DNA from: an uncultured Gammaproteobacteria bacterium
GTDB taxonomy: Bacteria; Patescibacteriota; Patescibacteriia; Magasanikbacterales; UBA922
Direction: 5' to 3'
Length of the DNA: 64,000 bases
Assembly (NCBI GenBank): GCA_964522435.1
Contig: CAZFUL010000001.1
Coordinates: forward strand, 117,075-181,074
Below are positions 49,931-60,335 of this stretch, piece by piece. The stretch's first letter is position 1, and the number at the start of each line of letters is the position of its first letter. The position numbers were made by a program, and so were the translations under genes. The notes beneath the pieces are model-generated. The model was not told the DNA's origin. It saw only the letters and a list, made by a program, of their open reading frames with translations, and did no database searches.

Positions 49931-52567
49931 ATGGATATTCACGCAATGAGTATAGCACAAACAGTGGCGCAATATAAGACCCATGAGACAAAAGGCTTAA
50001 AAACCGCTGAGGCACAAAAACGGCAAGCCTTGGGGAAAAATATATTGCCACAAACGCAAGCAAAAGCAAATCGGATGCGCATTTTTTTACATCAATGGAA
50101 AAGTCCATTGATTATTATTTTATTAGTCGCCGCAACGATTAGTGGTATTTTGGGTGAAACCGTCGATATGGTAATTATTTATGTCACCGCATTAGTAAAT
50201 GCCATTATTGGATTTTTTCAAGAATATAAAGCCAATGCTGCGTTAGAGCGCTTGCAACATTTTGTTTCATTTTATTCATTTTGTTTACGAGATGGAAAAA
50301 AACAGCGGGTATCGAGTGATGAATTGGTTTGTGGAGACATTGTCTTTTTAGAAGCAGGGGATTATGTTCCTGCTGACGGACGCTTACTTATTGCGAATGA
50401 ATTATCCATAAATGAAGCAGCGCTTACCGGAGAATCGCAGCCCGTGCTAAAAAAAACGGCTATTTGTGATGCTGCACTGCCCTTGGCGGAAAGAATAAAT
50501 ATGGTATTTAAAGGAACGGCTGTAATAAACGGGTCTGGGCAATTTATTGTGACGCAGATTGGTATTGATACGCAATTAGGAAACATTGCCATGCTGGTAA
50601 AAGAAACAAAAGATGAATTGACTCCCTTACAAAAACAATTAGAATTGGTGGCAAAAAAATTGAGTATCATTATCATTATATTAGCGCTGAGTATTTTTAT
50701 TATTGGTTTGTTATTTGGCAAAGATCAATACACGGCGTTTGAATTATTTGAAACCGCAATCGCTGTGGCTGTTGCGGCAATTCCTGAAGGATTAGTTATT
50801 TCATTAACCGTTATTCTCGCTATTGGTATGCAGTTTATTTTAAAACGGCATGCCCTGGTGCGTCGTCTGGTTGCCGCAGAAACCTTAGGATCGGTGAGTG
50901 TTATTTGTACAGATAAGACAGGCACCTTAACAGAAGGAAATATGTCTGTGGTGCAAATGTACACGGCTGAGGGAATGATAGAAGGAATTGCATTAAAACA
51001 ATTGAGCGATATGTCTGATGCCCGATTGGCCTTAGATATTGGGGCATTATGTAACAATGCAATAGAACATACGAAAGAGGGCAAGACCGTCTATTTAGGT
51101 GATACCACAGAGACTGCCTTACTCGCCGCTGCGCATCGTGCAGGTATTAACAAACAGGCATTGGAAAAAGACATGCCTCGTTTGCAAGAGTTGCCCTTTT
51201 CGAGTGAACGCAAATACATGGCAACGCTGCATCGGTTTGGAAAAGGAAAACGCCTATTAGTAAAAGGCGCACCAGAAATTATGTTGGATGCGTCAGCGTT
51301 GTATATAGACAGCGGGAAACAAAAAAAATTATCTGCAAAACAACGAACATTCTTTTTATCACAAGCAGCAGGCGCAGCTGCCGCAGGTTATCGTACCCTT
51401 GCGTTATGTTATAAAGAGAGTGAAAGTAACAAGGTACAACAGAGCGATATTGATGCACTTGTATTTGTTGGCTTGGTGGCGATTGCAGATCCGGTAAGAA
51501 GTGATGTAAAAGAAATGTTGGGTCTGGCACAGCAAGCGGGTATTCGCGTTATTATGATGACGGGGGACCATGCTGATACCGCAAAAGCGATTGCAAAACA
51601 ATTAGGATTATTTGATGCAGAGAGTAACCAGCAGGTCTGTGAAGGAAAAGAGTTAGATACCTTAACGACCGCACAACTGAAAAAAACCTTGTCGCAGGTA
51701 ACGGTATTTGCCCGTGTTGCTCCAGAACACAAAATACGCTTAGTACAACTCTTGCAACAACAAGGAGAAGTGGTTGCGATGACCGGAGACGGCGTAAATG
51801 ATGCCCCTGCTATTAAAGCGGCGGATATTGGTATTGCGGTTGGGTCTGGAACAGACGTAGCAAAAGAAACAGCAGATATGGTGTTGTTGAATGATAGTTT
51901 TTCTACCATTGTTGCTGCGATTCAAGAAGGCAGAAATATTTATCAAAATATAAAAAAAATAGTGTTGTATTTATTGTCGAGTAGCTTTGCGGAAGTGGTG
52001 ATGATTACGGGCAGTATTTTAGCAGGCTTGCCAGTGGCTGCATTACCTGCACAAATTTTGTGGGTAAATGTGCTGCAAGATTCTTTTCCTACCATGGCGC
52101 TGGCCTTTGACCGTTCTGATAAAGATGCGATGAGTGATCCGCCACGAAAAAAAGATGAACCGCTTATTGATAAAGACATGAAAATCATGATATTGTTAAA
52201 GAGTATTCTTTCAAATATTGCGCTTTTTTGTATCTTTGTCTACATCTTAAAAAGCACAGAAGATGTTGCATTGGCACGAACCATGGTGTTTGTGGGTTTT
52301 GCGGTCGATGCGTTGTTTTACATCTTTTCTATTCGCAGTTTGCGACATTCTGTGTGGCAAATTAATCCCTTTGGAAATAGATATTTACTGGCGGCCATTG
52401 CCTTTGGGTGGATTATGCTGGTCGCGGCTATTTATGTAGCGCCATTACAATTTTTTCTCCATACTGTGCCGCTCAGTCTTACCCACTGGGGAATGATGAT
52501 TGCCTTTGGTATATTTAACCTCTGTATTATGGAGGCAATGAAACGACTCTTTTTTATAAAAAAATAA
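49931..52567 (+). CDS. P-type cation-transporting ATPase (type IIA-like)
   Basis: DKTGTLT phosphorylation site, TGES, MTGDGVNDAPA hinge and 10 TM. 878 aa. Confidence 0.9.
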   Translation: MDIHAMSIAQTVAQYKTHETKGLKTAEAQKRQALGKNILPQTQAKANRMRIFLHQWKSPLIIILLVAATISGILGETVDMVIIYVTALVNAIIGFFQEYKANAALERLQHFVSFYSFCLRDGKKQRVSSDELVCGDIVFLEAGDYVPADGRLLIANELSINEAALTGESQPVLKKTAICDAALPLAERINMVFKGTAVINGSGQFIVTQIGIDTQLGNIAMLVKETKDELTPLQKQLELVAKKLSIIIIILALSIFIIGLLFGKDQYTAFELFETAIAVAVAAIPEGLVISLTVILAIGMQFILKRHALVRRLVAAETLGSVSVICTDKTGTLTEGNMSVVQMYTAEGMIEGIALKQLSDMSDARLALDIGALCNNAIEHTKEGKTVYLGDTTETALLAAAHRAGINKQALEKDMPRLQELPFSSERKYMATLHRFGKGKRLLVKGAPEIMLDASALYIDSGKQKKLSAKQRTFFLSQAAGAAAAGYRTLALCYKESESNKVQQSDIDALVFVGLVAIADPVRSDVKEMLGLAQQAGIRVIMMTGDHADTAKAIAKQLGLFDAESNQQVCEGKELDTLTTAQLKKTLSQVTVFARVAPEHKIRLVQLLQQQGEVVAMTGDGVNDAPAIKAADIGIAVGSGTDVAKETADMVLLNDSFSTIVAAIQEGRNIYQNIKKIVLYLLSSSFAEVVMITGSILAGLPVAALPAQILWVNVLQDSFPTMALAFDRSDKDAMSDPPRKKDEPLIDKDMKIMILLKSILSNIALFCIFVYILKSTEDVALARTMVFVGFAVDALFYIFSIRSLRHSVWQINPFGNRYLLAAIAFGWIMLVAAIYVAPLQFFLHTVPLSLTHWGMMIAFGIFNLCIMEAMKRLFFIKK

Positions 52568-52595
52568 TAGGCTATTCACCGTAATCACTATATCT

Positions 52596-53177
52596 ATGCC
52601 TCTCGATAAAAAATATCTGAATCAACTCCGAAATACCTTGCATGATCAAGCGCTAATGCGCCGAGAAATTATTAAGCAAGGTGGGGATGCGTTACACCAT
52701 GCAAAGCGCGCAATTTTTGCCTTGCATCGCGATCAGCTTGGTGAGGCAAAAAAGAAACTCGATGAGGCACTCAGTTTATTGAAACAATTATCCAAGCGGT
52801 ATGGGAAACAGCCAGAGATGCATACGGAAGGATCATATAAAGCAGCACTCGAAGAATATGTGGAAGCAGTATTGCTGTACCAATTTGTAGAAAAAAGAAG
52901 CGTGGGAAAAATTACCTCCATTGCCGTGCCGACCGATGTGTATTTGGCAGGGTTGTCTGATGTGCCCGGAGAATTATATCGCTACGCTATTCGCGCAGCA
53001 ACCGCAGGGGATACAAAAACGGTACAGGATTGTGAGGCTATGTCGAGTGATATATTAGCGGAACTTATTGAATTTGATGTGACCAAATATCTTCGCACCA
53101 AATTTGATCAAGCAAAAGCCGCCCATCAAAAATTAGAAATTGTCTTATACGAATTAGCGATTCGCGATAAAAAATAA
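52596..53177 (+). CDS. Translin-family-like protein (tentative)
   Basis: Overall helical pattern resembling archaeal/bacterial translin. Based on recall only. Confidence 0.4.
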   Translation: MPLDKKYLNQLRNTLHDQALMRREIIKQGGDALHHAKRAIFALHRDQLGEAKKKLDEALSLLKQLSKRYGKQPEMHTEGSYKAALEEYVEAVLLYQFVEKRSVGKITSIAVPTDVYLAGLSDVPGELYRYAIRAATAGDTKTVQDCEAMSSDILAELIEFDVTKYLRTKFDQAKAAHQKLEIVLYELAIRDKK

Positions 53178-53271
53178 AACAGCACCCGTTGACGGGTACT
53201 GTATAATTGACTAGGATAATCGGGTCGGTGGCGCAGGCCTCCAGACCCGCGCCGATTTCGTTTGTTTCTCC

Positions 53272-53493
53272 TTATCGATCGCGATGCTCTCGAGTGTTTT
53301 TGCTCACTCGTTGCATCAGTCGTTGCCATGTTTTGACAACCCAGCCGCGCTCGCGCTTGTGCAGATATTTGTTCTGCCGGCGATTGCAGTGTTTGCATTG
53401 GAACGTTGCGTAGACGCCTTCTCCTTTCATGAAGCGATCCCGATAGACCATTGTCTTTCGACAACATTTCGGTCCTTGGGGTAACCGTCCCAT
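53272..53493 (-). CDS. Small basic zinc-ribbon protein (74 aa) in GC-rich islet G
   Basis: ggagaaagg SD upstream of the ATG (minus strand). CC...CxxC pattern (PKCC...CKHC). Highly basic. Confidence 0.35.
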   Translation of the reverse strand: MGRLPQGPKCCRKTMVYRDRFMKGEGVYATFQCKHCNRRQNKYLHKRERGWVVKTWQRLMQRVSKNTREHRDR

Positions 53494-53575
53494 CACGTAG
53501 GCCTTTCTCCCGCATAGGGGGTGTGTGGGTGCCGATAGTATAGCGAAGTATATTGTCTTGTCAATTGTTTTGCGT

Positions 53576-54934
53576 ATGAAATCATATATAAAAAAAATTC
53601 TTCCTAAGTCTGTGCGTAACCTCAAGCATTTGTTTTATGCCTGGTATGGTGCGCAGGTGTATCATCATCCCTCAGAGGAATTGTTTGTGATTGGGGTAAC
53701 CGGAACCAGTGGCAAATCAAGTACGATTGCATTTTTGCGTCAGGTGCTGGAGTCTGCCGGATTTCGCGTGGGGTCATTATCCACCGTGGATTTTGTTATT
53801 GCCGGAGAGCAAAAAATGAATGATCAAAAAATGACCATGCTCGGAAAAATGAAAATACAACAGTATTTGCGAGAAATGGTAGATGCGCAGTGTGATATTG
53901 CGATTATTGAAACGACCTCAGAAGGTCGGGTGCAGCATCGGCATCGTTTTATTAATTATGACATGATGCTCTTAACGAATTTATATCCAGAGCATATTGA
54001 ATCCCATGGCAGTTTTGAAAAATATCGTCAAGCAAAAGTAGATATATTTCGTGCAGTGGCAACTGCTCGACGAAAAAAGAGTGCTCGTTTTAAAACATTG
54101 GCAGCACTCAATCAACGTTCAGAAATTTTTATTAAAAAAACTGCCATTGTGAACGGGGATAGTGACGACCGTGCATTCTTTTTATTAGATACCTTTGATG
54201 AACGCTATACCTTTGGTAAAGAAAAACAGAACACTCAACACACGATTCATCTTAGGGCGAGTGATCGCGAGCTCAGTAAACAAGGCCTGCGCTTTAGCGT
54301 TGACGGGCATGCGTTTGTTGCACCCATACTTGGTGAATATAACATCATGAATATTCTTTCTGTTATTGCGACCTGCCGCGCACTTGGATTAGATTGGAAA
54401 AGCATTATCGCAGGCGTTGCACAGGTGCAGGGTGTGCCCGGGCGTTTAGAATTTATTCCTGAAGCAAAAAAACAGGGCGTTGATGTTATTGTTGATTATG
54501 CGTTTGAACCAGTTGCAATAAAAGCCTTATATAAAATGGTGCGCTTATACAAACCAACACGTATTATTCATGTGTTTGGCTCAACGGGCGGAGGGCGCGA
54601 TGTTTCTCGTCGTACGACAGTGGGAGAATATGTCGGAAAAAAAGCAGATATTTGTATTGTGACGGATGAAGACCCTTACGATGATAATCCAGAAACGATT
54701 ATTGCTGATGTGATGTCTGCCGTAGTATCTGCAGGAAAAGAAGAAGGGAAAAATGCTTTTCGCTTTTTGGATCGTGGCAAAGCAATTCAGGCAGCCATTG
54801 ATATGGCACAAAAAGGAGATATGATCCTTGTGACAGGAAAGGGCAGTGAACAAGCCATGGTCGTAAAAGGAAAACTGATTCCGTGGGATGATAGAGAAGC
54901 AGTACGACGTGCCTTGGCACAAAAAAAGAAATAA
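53576..54934 (+). CDS. Mur ligase family protein
   Basis: VIGVTGTSGKSST P-loop, Mur ligase middle and C-terminal domains. Start at ATG 53576. Confidence 0.75.
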   Translation: MKSYIKKILPKSVRNLKHLFYAWYGAQVYHHPSEELFVIGVTGTSGKSSTIAFLRQVLESAGFRVGSLSTVDFVIAGEQKMNDQKMTMLGKMKIQQYLREMVDAQCDIAIIETTSEGRVQHRHRFINYDMMLLTNLYPEHIESHGSFEKYRQAKVDIFRAVATARRKKSARFKTLAALNQRSEIFIKKTAIVNGDSDDRAFFLLDTFDERYTFGKEKQNTQHTIHLRASDRELSKQGLRFSVDGHAFVAPILGEYNIMNILSVIATCRALGLDWKSIIAGVAQVQGVPGRLEFIPEAKKQGVDVIVDYAFEPVAIKALYKMVRLYKPTRIIHVFGSTGGGRDVSRRTTVGEYVGKKADICIVTDEDPYDDNPETIIADVMSAVVSAGKEEGKNAFRFLDRGKAIQAAIDMAQKGDMILVTGKGSEQAMVVKGKLIPWDDREAVRRALAQKKK

Positions 54935-54995
54935 ATAACATGGCAGCAGCCTCTTCTCGCCGTTTTATATTAAATTTGCTATACTCGAGCGTAGT

Positions 54996-55415
54996 ATGAC
55001 TATGCGAAACCAAGACAATCCTTTTCGGCGTTTTTTTGCATCACGCTTATTTTTGATTATATTGTTTATTGTGATTGCGCTTATTGCCATGAGTTATACG
55101 CGTGCGTATTATCAACATTATAAAATTCAAAAAGAAATTGCATCCCTAAAACAAGAAATTGGCTTGTTAGAAAAAAAGAAGTTGGAGTCTATCAGTATTT
55201 TAGAATATGTACAGAGCGATACCTTTGTAGAAGAAAAAGCACGGACCGAATTACATAAGAAAAAACCAGGGGAACAAGTGCTCTTTATAGAATCAGAAGA
55301 GATAGATATTTCAGAAAAAGAGACGAGCCTATCCGCAGAAAACAGTAGACAAGATATGCCAAACCCAGTAAAATGGTGGTATTACTTTACTCATTCAACT
55401 CCTCAAGAGGAATAA
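54996..55415 (+). CDS. Septum formation initiator FtsB/DivIC-like
   Basis: Single TM followed by a coiled coil (KIQKEIASLKQEIGLLEKK). Confidence 0.55.
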   Translation: MTMRNQDNPFRRFFASRLFLIILFIVIALIAMSYTRAYYQHYKIQKEIASLKQEIGLLEKKKLESISILEYVQSDTFVEEKARTELHKKKPGEQVLFIESEEIDISEKETSLSAENSRQDMPNPVKWWYYFTHSTPQEE

Positions 55416-55425
55416 TTTATATTGT

Positions 55426-56487
55426 ATGGAAGAAACACCTATGCAAACGTCTATGAAAGAATCAGCAATGCCTGCTCATGATCAGACGTCAGAGACTACA
55501 CCCAAAAAAAATATGCTACCACTCGTAGCAGGACTAGCGATTGTGCTTGTGTTATTTGGTATTGGCGCCTATGCCGTAACCCGTATGCAAGTAGCGCGTC
55601 TTTCTGAAAGCCCTCTGGTGCTCACTGCGGCCCGATTGTTTCATATTCCTGCGGTAAAGGTGAATGGCGATGCTATATTGTATAGTGATTATGTTGATGA
55701 TAAAAAAACACTCGCTTATTTTTACGGTCAACAACCAGAAGCACAAGTAAACCCTTCAACCGATGAGGATATTTCTGACATGGCGATTAGCCGGTTAATT
55801 GCCACAACCGTTATTACGGATTTTGCAAAAAAATGGAATGTAGAGGTAACAAAAGAGGATATTCAAGATAAAAAAGATATTTTGATTACCAATATTGGGA
55901 GTGAAGAAGCTGCAGAACAAGAAGTAATGGCAAATTATGGATGGAGTTTAAATATGTATATTGATCGCGTGGTTGTGCCTCTTATTCGTGAAGAAAAAAT
56001 AAAAGCCTATTTTGAAACACAACAAGTAGAGGGTGCTGACGCGTTTGGACAAGAAGAAGTGCATGCGCGACATATTTTATTCCGCGTTGAAGAAGAGAGT
56101 GAAGATGCAACCGTAAAACAAGCTGCAACAGATGTGTTAACGAGAATTAAAAATGGAGAAGACTTTGCAACCCTAGCAAAAGAATTTGGCAGTGATGGCA
56201 CTGCAGAAGTGGGTGGCGACTTAGGCTGGTTTGGCCGTGGCGTAATGGTACCAGAGTTTGAAGTAGGCGTATTTGCGCTTAACCCTGGGCAAGTAGGGGA
56301 TGAATTAGTGAAAACAGATTTTGGCTATCACATTGTTCAAGTAGATGAAAAACGCCAAGGAAAAAACTTTATTGCTTTTATGGATGAACAGTTTAATACC
56401 GCGGATATTGATTTCCTTATCCCTATCCATAACCCATTTGAAGAAGCCGCAATGATGCAAATAGAAGAAGGGGAAATGCAACAATAA
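55426..56487 (+). CDS. Parvulin-type peptidyl-prolyl cis-trans isomerase (PrsA/SurA-like), membrane anchored
   Basis: PpiC domain HARHILF...GGDLGWF...GYHIVQV. Confidence 0.75.
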   Translation: MEETPMQTSMKESAMPAHDQTSETTPKKNMLPLVAGLAIVLVLFGIGAYAVTRMQVARLSESPLVLTAARLFHIPAVKVNGDAILYSDYVDDKKTLAYFYGQQPEAQVNPSTDEDISDMAISRLIATTVITDFAKKWNVEVTKEDIQDKKDILITNIGSEEAAEQEVMANYGWSLNMYIDRVVVPLIREEKIKAYFETQQVEGADAFGQEEVHARHILFRVEEESEDATVKQAATDVLTRIKNGEDFATLAKEFGSDGTAEVGGDLGWFGRGVMVPEFEVGVFALNPGQVGDELVKTDFGYHIVQVDEKRQGKNFIAFMDEQFNTADIDFLIPIHNPFEEAAMMQIEEGEMQQ

Positions 56488-56559
56488 ATTGTTTGACAGC
56501 AGAAACAAGAAAAGGTACGCTTATATGCGCGAAAGCGCTGTATTCGTACCTTTTTTTAT

Positions 56560-56632
56560 GCCCGCGTAGCTCAATTGGCAGAGCGACGGTATCGTAAACC
56601 GTAGGTTACCAGTTCGATTCTGGTCGTGGGCT
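56560..56632 (+). tRNA. tRNA-Thr (anticodon CGU)
   Basis: Manual cloverleaf: acceptor GCCCGCG/CGTGGGC, D-arm GCTC-AATTGGCA-GAGC, anticodon stem ACGGT/ACCGT with loop ATCGTAA, T-arm ACCAG-TTCGATT-CTGGT. Preceded by a gcgc-gaaa-gcgc hairpin and T7 terminator. Confidence 0.85.
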
Positions 56633-56679
56633 CAGAAATGACAATTAACGATGAGCATTTAACAATTAACAAAATATAT

Positions 56680-57267
56680 ATGAATGCAGAGCGGTTGAAA
56701 AGTATTATTGCGTTTATGGATGTAACAGAACGCATGAAAATTATTTATCGCACCGTAAAAGTGTCTACCCTGGATAGGGGAGAAAGTGATGCAGAACATT
56801 CCTGGCATTTGGCATTGTTGCTTATGTTACTTGAAAAAGAATTACCTGCAGAAATTAATATCCTAAAATTATACAAAATGTTGTTGATCCATGATTTGGT
56901 AGAAGTATATGCTGGAGATACGTCTGTTTATGATACCGTAGGACGGCTCGATAAGGCAGAACGTGAAGCCAAAGCCGCTGAAACATTGTTTAGTCAACTT
57001 CCCTCTGACCTAAAAGAAGAATTTTTTGCCTTGTTTCATGAATTTGAAGCACGAGAAACGCTTGAAGCAAACATAGCAAAAGCCTTGGATAAATTGCACC
57101 CACTTATGCAAAATTTATCTTCTGAGGGGACAGATTATTTGGAATTTTCTGCGACTTATGAAGATGAAAAGCAGAGAATAAAACCATATGTTGACTTTCA
57201 TCCTACGTTAGCGCAAATGGCCACTGTCTTACTCGATGAAGCAAAAAGTCGGGGGTACATAGAATAA
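56680..57267 (+). CDS. HD-domain phosphohydrolase (YfbR-like)
   Basis: HSWHLALL...LIHDLVEVYAGD HD motif. Confidence 0.7.
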   Translation: MNAERLKSIIAFMDVTERMKIIYRTVKVSTLDRGESDAEHSWHLALLLMLLEKELPAEINILKLYKMLLIHDLVEVYAGDTSVYDTVGRLDKAEREAKAAETLFSQLPSDLKEEFFALFHEFEARETLEANIAKALDKLHPLMQNLSSEGTDYLEFSATYEDEKQRIKPYVDFHPTLAQMATVLLDEAKSRGYIE

Positions 57268-57270
57268 CAT

Positions 57271-58098
57271 ATGATGACAAATATTCTCAAAAGAACTGAC
57301 CCTGCTTGGCTTGATAAACAATATGCTAGTCCTTCTAATTTAGAAGATCGTGTGGCACTACATCGCGTTTGTGGGAGTGATGCGGGTAAGTGGTATGAGT
57401 GGGTATTTGATCAAATGAAACAGGTCATACCTCCTACTGAAAAAAGTAGGCTCTTAGAAATAGGTGGGGGAAGTGGAAATATCTGGATACAAAATCATCA
57501 TCTTATTCCACCAAATTGGGAAATTTTTTTTACGGACAGATCAGAGGGCATGGTGACTGCTGCCAGTGCAGCACTGTCTCAGAATGCGCAGTTTCATTTT
57601 TCTGTGTTAGATGCAAGTCAGGTATTTCCGTTTGTAAGTGGCTCGTTTGATATTGTTGTCGCCAATCACGTGCTCTATCATATTGAGAAATTAGATGAGT
57701 GTTTGGGTGAAATACGACGAGTATTAACGGATGCTGGTGTGCTCTTTGCGACTTGTACTGGCAAGCAGCATATGCAGCAGTTATATGAATGGTTGCATGA
57801 ATTTGAACCTTCTGTTCCTGCGTTTGTATCTCGACATATGAATATGCAAGATGGAAAAGCAATATTAGAAAAATATGCCACATCAGTCGATGTGATTATG
57901 CCGGCTAGTCAACTCACCATTACAGAAGAGCATATTCCTTTATTAGTACGCTACGCATACTCTATTGATGAGGTAAAACAGCATGTTGGGGAAGAAAATA
58001 AAAGACAACTCCATGATTTTTTCATACAAAAATTACAGGAACAGCAAGGAACATTAGTCATTCCCAAAGAAGAGGGACTGTTTATCGCAAAAAAATAA
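57271..58098 (+). CDS. Class I SAM-dependent methyltransferase
   Basis: Motif I LLEIGGGSGNIW and post-I/II VVANHVLYHI. Confidence 0.75.
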   Translation: MMTNILKRTDPAWLDKQYASPSNLEDRVALHRVCGSDAGKWYEWVFDQMKQVIPPTEKSRLLEIGGGSGNIWIQNHHLIPPNWEIFFTDRSEGMVTAASAALSQNAQFHFSVLDASQVFPFVSGSFDIVVANHVLYHIEKLDECLGEIRRVLTDAGVLFATCTGKQHMQQLYEWLHEFEPSVPAFVSRHMNMQDGKAILEKYATSVDVIMPASQLTITEEHIPLLVRYAYSIDEVKQHVGEENKRQLHDFFIQKLQEQQGTLVIPKEEGLFIAKK

Positions 58099-58100
58099 AT

Positions 58101-58661
58101 ATGACACAAAAAAAAGAGCAAATACTTTTGTCAGAGGGGGTATTAAAAAATTTTGGTGTTGATATTTCTTTATGGGGAAAAGAATCTGGGAATAAAACAA
58201 TTATTGATTTACAAAAAGAAATAGATCAGGGTGAAAGTGTACTTATAGAAGAACAAGGCCGGCTCATTAGAAAAGTTGCGGGTATTCAGGCTGACGTATA
58301 TTATGAAGAATTTCCAAAAAAAAAATTACGTCTGATTGAGGAAAAACAAGTATTTCTTAATGGTGAGGAAAGAAAAAGATCATTTGTGCGTTCTATAGGA
58401 GAAAAGATGAAAACCAAAGAACAACCTCATGAGGCACTTATAAGAGGGTTGCAAGAAGAATTGGGAGTAATGGGGGCAATAAATTATGTTCAAAAAGATC
58501 TATTGGTTGAAACAAAATACTCTCAAAGTTATGTTGGGTTATTATCTGAGTTTACCACCTATATATTTTCTGTGTTTTTAACAAAAGATCAGTTTAAACA
58601 AGATGGGTATATTGAAATCGGGGATAATTGCACTACCTATTTTGTTTGGATAGAAGAATAA
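58101..58661 (+). CDS. Nudix-like hydrolase (divergent Nudix box)
   Basis: GEKMKTKEQPHEALIRGLQEELGV approximates GX5EX7REUXEEXGU with substitutions. Confidence 0.4.
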   Translation: MTQKKEQILLSEGVLKNFGVDISLWGKESGNKTIIDLQKEIDQGESVLIEEQGRLIRKVAGIQADVYYEEFPKKKLRLIEEKQVFLNGEERKRSFVRSIGEKMKTKEQPHEALIRGLQEELGVMGAINYVQKDLLVETKYSQSYVGLLSEFTTYIFSVFLTKDQFKQDGYIEIGDNCTTYFVWIEE

Positions 58662-58664
58662 TGT

Positions 58665-59528
58665 ATGTTTATGGAAATAAATAATAATATACATATATTT
58701 GCACAAAAAAAGAATTGGATGTTTGTTGGGGAGGGGCTTGATAATCTGGTCTATACCAATAGCAAAAAAGAGCTTGTATTTCGTGTACCAAAAAAAGAAG
58801 ATACTCAAGAGGCAATCAAAAAAGAAGCTGTTGTTTTACCTCGTTTAGCGGGTAACGTGAAGAATATACATATTCCCATACCAACGATATTCGATAGCGA
58901 AGAAATTTGGTATGCGTCATATCCGTTTGTCAAAGGAGTATGTCTGGATACGGTCAAAGATGTCGCACGACGACAAAACGCATTTGAACAACTAGGCGTT
59001 GCTTTAGCTGAATTACATACACAGGATGTGTCTTTATTTTCAGAAATCACTCGCATCGTTCCTGAAAAAAAATATCACATCGTGCAGGAAAAGGCTGTTC
59101 AGTTGCCAAAGAATGTATTGAATGATGAGCAACGGAGGTATATTCAAGAATTATTTGCAGCATTTTTTTCTTTTATAAAACCACAAACAATTCCTTTAGC
59201 TCTGGTGCATGGGGATATTTCCGAAGAGCATATATATTATAACGAGGCACAACATGTTGTTAGCATTATTGATTGGAGTGATATAACGATGACTGATCCT
59301 GCATATGAATTTTATCATCTGCTGCGCGATGTCTCTGCTAGAGAGCAAGAGTTTTTTATACAAGCTTATAATACGACTGATCCGTTATTTTGGAAACGCG
59401 CAGAGTATTACATGTATTTGGATACAATTGAGGTATTATGTCTGTTTGTAGAGAAACATAATACAGAACAAATTAAACAGTTTATCGCTTGTGTAGATCA
59501 AGATAGCAAGAATTGGAAAGCGATGTAG
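58665..59528 (+). CDS. Aminoglycoside/choline-kinase-like phosphotransferase (APH fold)
   Basis: LVHGDISEEHI...IIDWSD (Brenner HGD...N and DxxD motifs). Confidence 0.7.
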   Translation: MFMEINNNIHIFAQKKNWMFVGEGLDNLVYTNSKKELVFRVPKKEDTQEAIKKEAVVLPRLAGNVKNIHIPIPTIFDSEEIWYASYPFVKGVCLDTVKDVARRQNAFEQLGVALAELHTQDVSLFSEITRIVPEKKYHIVQEKAVQLPKNVLNDEQRRYIQELFAAFFSFIKPQTIPLALVHGDISEEHIYYNEAQHVVSIIDWSDITMTDPAYEFYHLLRDVSAREQEFFIQAYNTTDPLFWKRAEYYMYLDTIEVLCLFVEKHNTEQIKQFIACVDQDSKNWKAM

Positions 59529-59595
59529 CGATTGGTTGTATTGTTTGGGTATCTATTCTATACTACCTCTATCTATTTTTAACGATTTTTATTCT

Positions 59596-60318
59596 ATGAA
59601 AACAATTATTGGTGCAGTTCTTGGCTTTTTTATTGGAGGGATTATTGGCTTTTTGGTTGTATGGGGAGGCGGGTTTGAACAAACTTCAGAAGAAATCGCT
59701 ATCGATAATACCGCGAGTGCTCCCATGCATACGAACGATGACCATGGTGCCATGTCTGGGGCAATGGATGCGATGACCGGATCGTTAGAAGGAAAACAAG
59801 GTGATGATTTTGACCGTGCGTTTATCAATGAAATGATTGTGCATCATGAAGGAGCTGTAGCAATGGCAGAGTTAGCAAAACAATATGCTGGGCATGCTGA
59901 AATAAAAACCCTTGCAGATGCGATTATTGCGGCTCAAACAGCAGAAATCGCTCAAATGCAAGAATGGAGAAAAAATTGGTTTGAACAAAATGCAATGATG
60001 ATGGCAGAGATGCCCGCAGCAAATGCGACCACCGAGGTTATTGCCGTCGGAAGTAAAAACTTTTCTTTCTTTGTAAATGGAAAAGAAAATCCTGATATTA
60101 CCGTAAAAGAAGGCGATATCGTGCGAATTGAGTTTACGAGTGACGGTGGATTTCATGACTTTGTGATTGACGAATTTAGTGCCGCAACAGAAAAAATTCA
60201 AACAGGCGGAAAAAGTACGGTAGAATTTGTTGCAAACAAAAAAGGAAGTTTTGAATATTACTGTAGTGTTGGTTCTCATCGAGAGATGGGGATGAAAGGA
60301 CGCTTTATTGTCGAGTAG
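59596..60318 (+). CDS. DUF305 (ferritin-like) domain fused to a C-terminal cupredoxin (type-1 copper site)
   Basis: HHEGAVAMAE...AEIAQMQEW (DUF305). Then FHDF...YYCSVGSHREMGM (H...C...H...M blue-copper ligands). Confidence 0.65.
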   Translation: MKTIIGAVLGFFIGGIIGFLVVWGGGFEQTSEEIAIDNTASAPMHTNDDHGAMSGAMDAMTGSLEGKQGDDFDRAFINEMIVHHEGAVAMAELAKQYAGHAEIKTLADAIIAAQTAEIAQMQEWRKNWFEQNAMMMAEMPAANATTEVIAVGSKNFSFFVNGKENPDITVKEGDIVRIEFTSDGGFHDFVIDEFSAATEKIQTGGKSTVEFVANKKGSFEYYCSVGSHREMGMKGRFIVE

Positions 60319-60335
60319 TGCCTGAGTCAGTAAGG

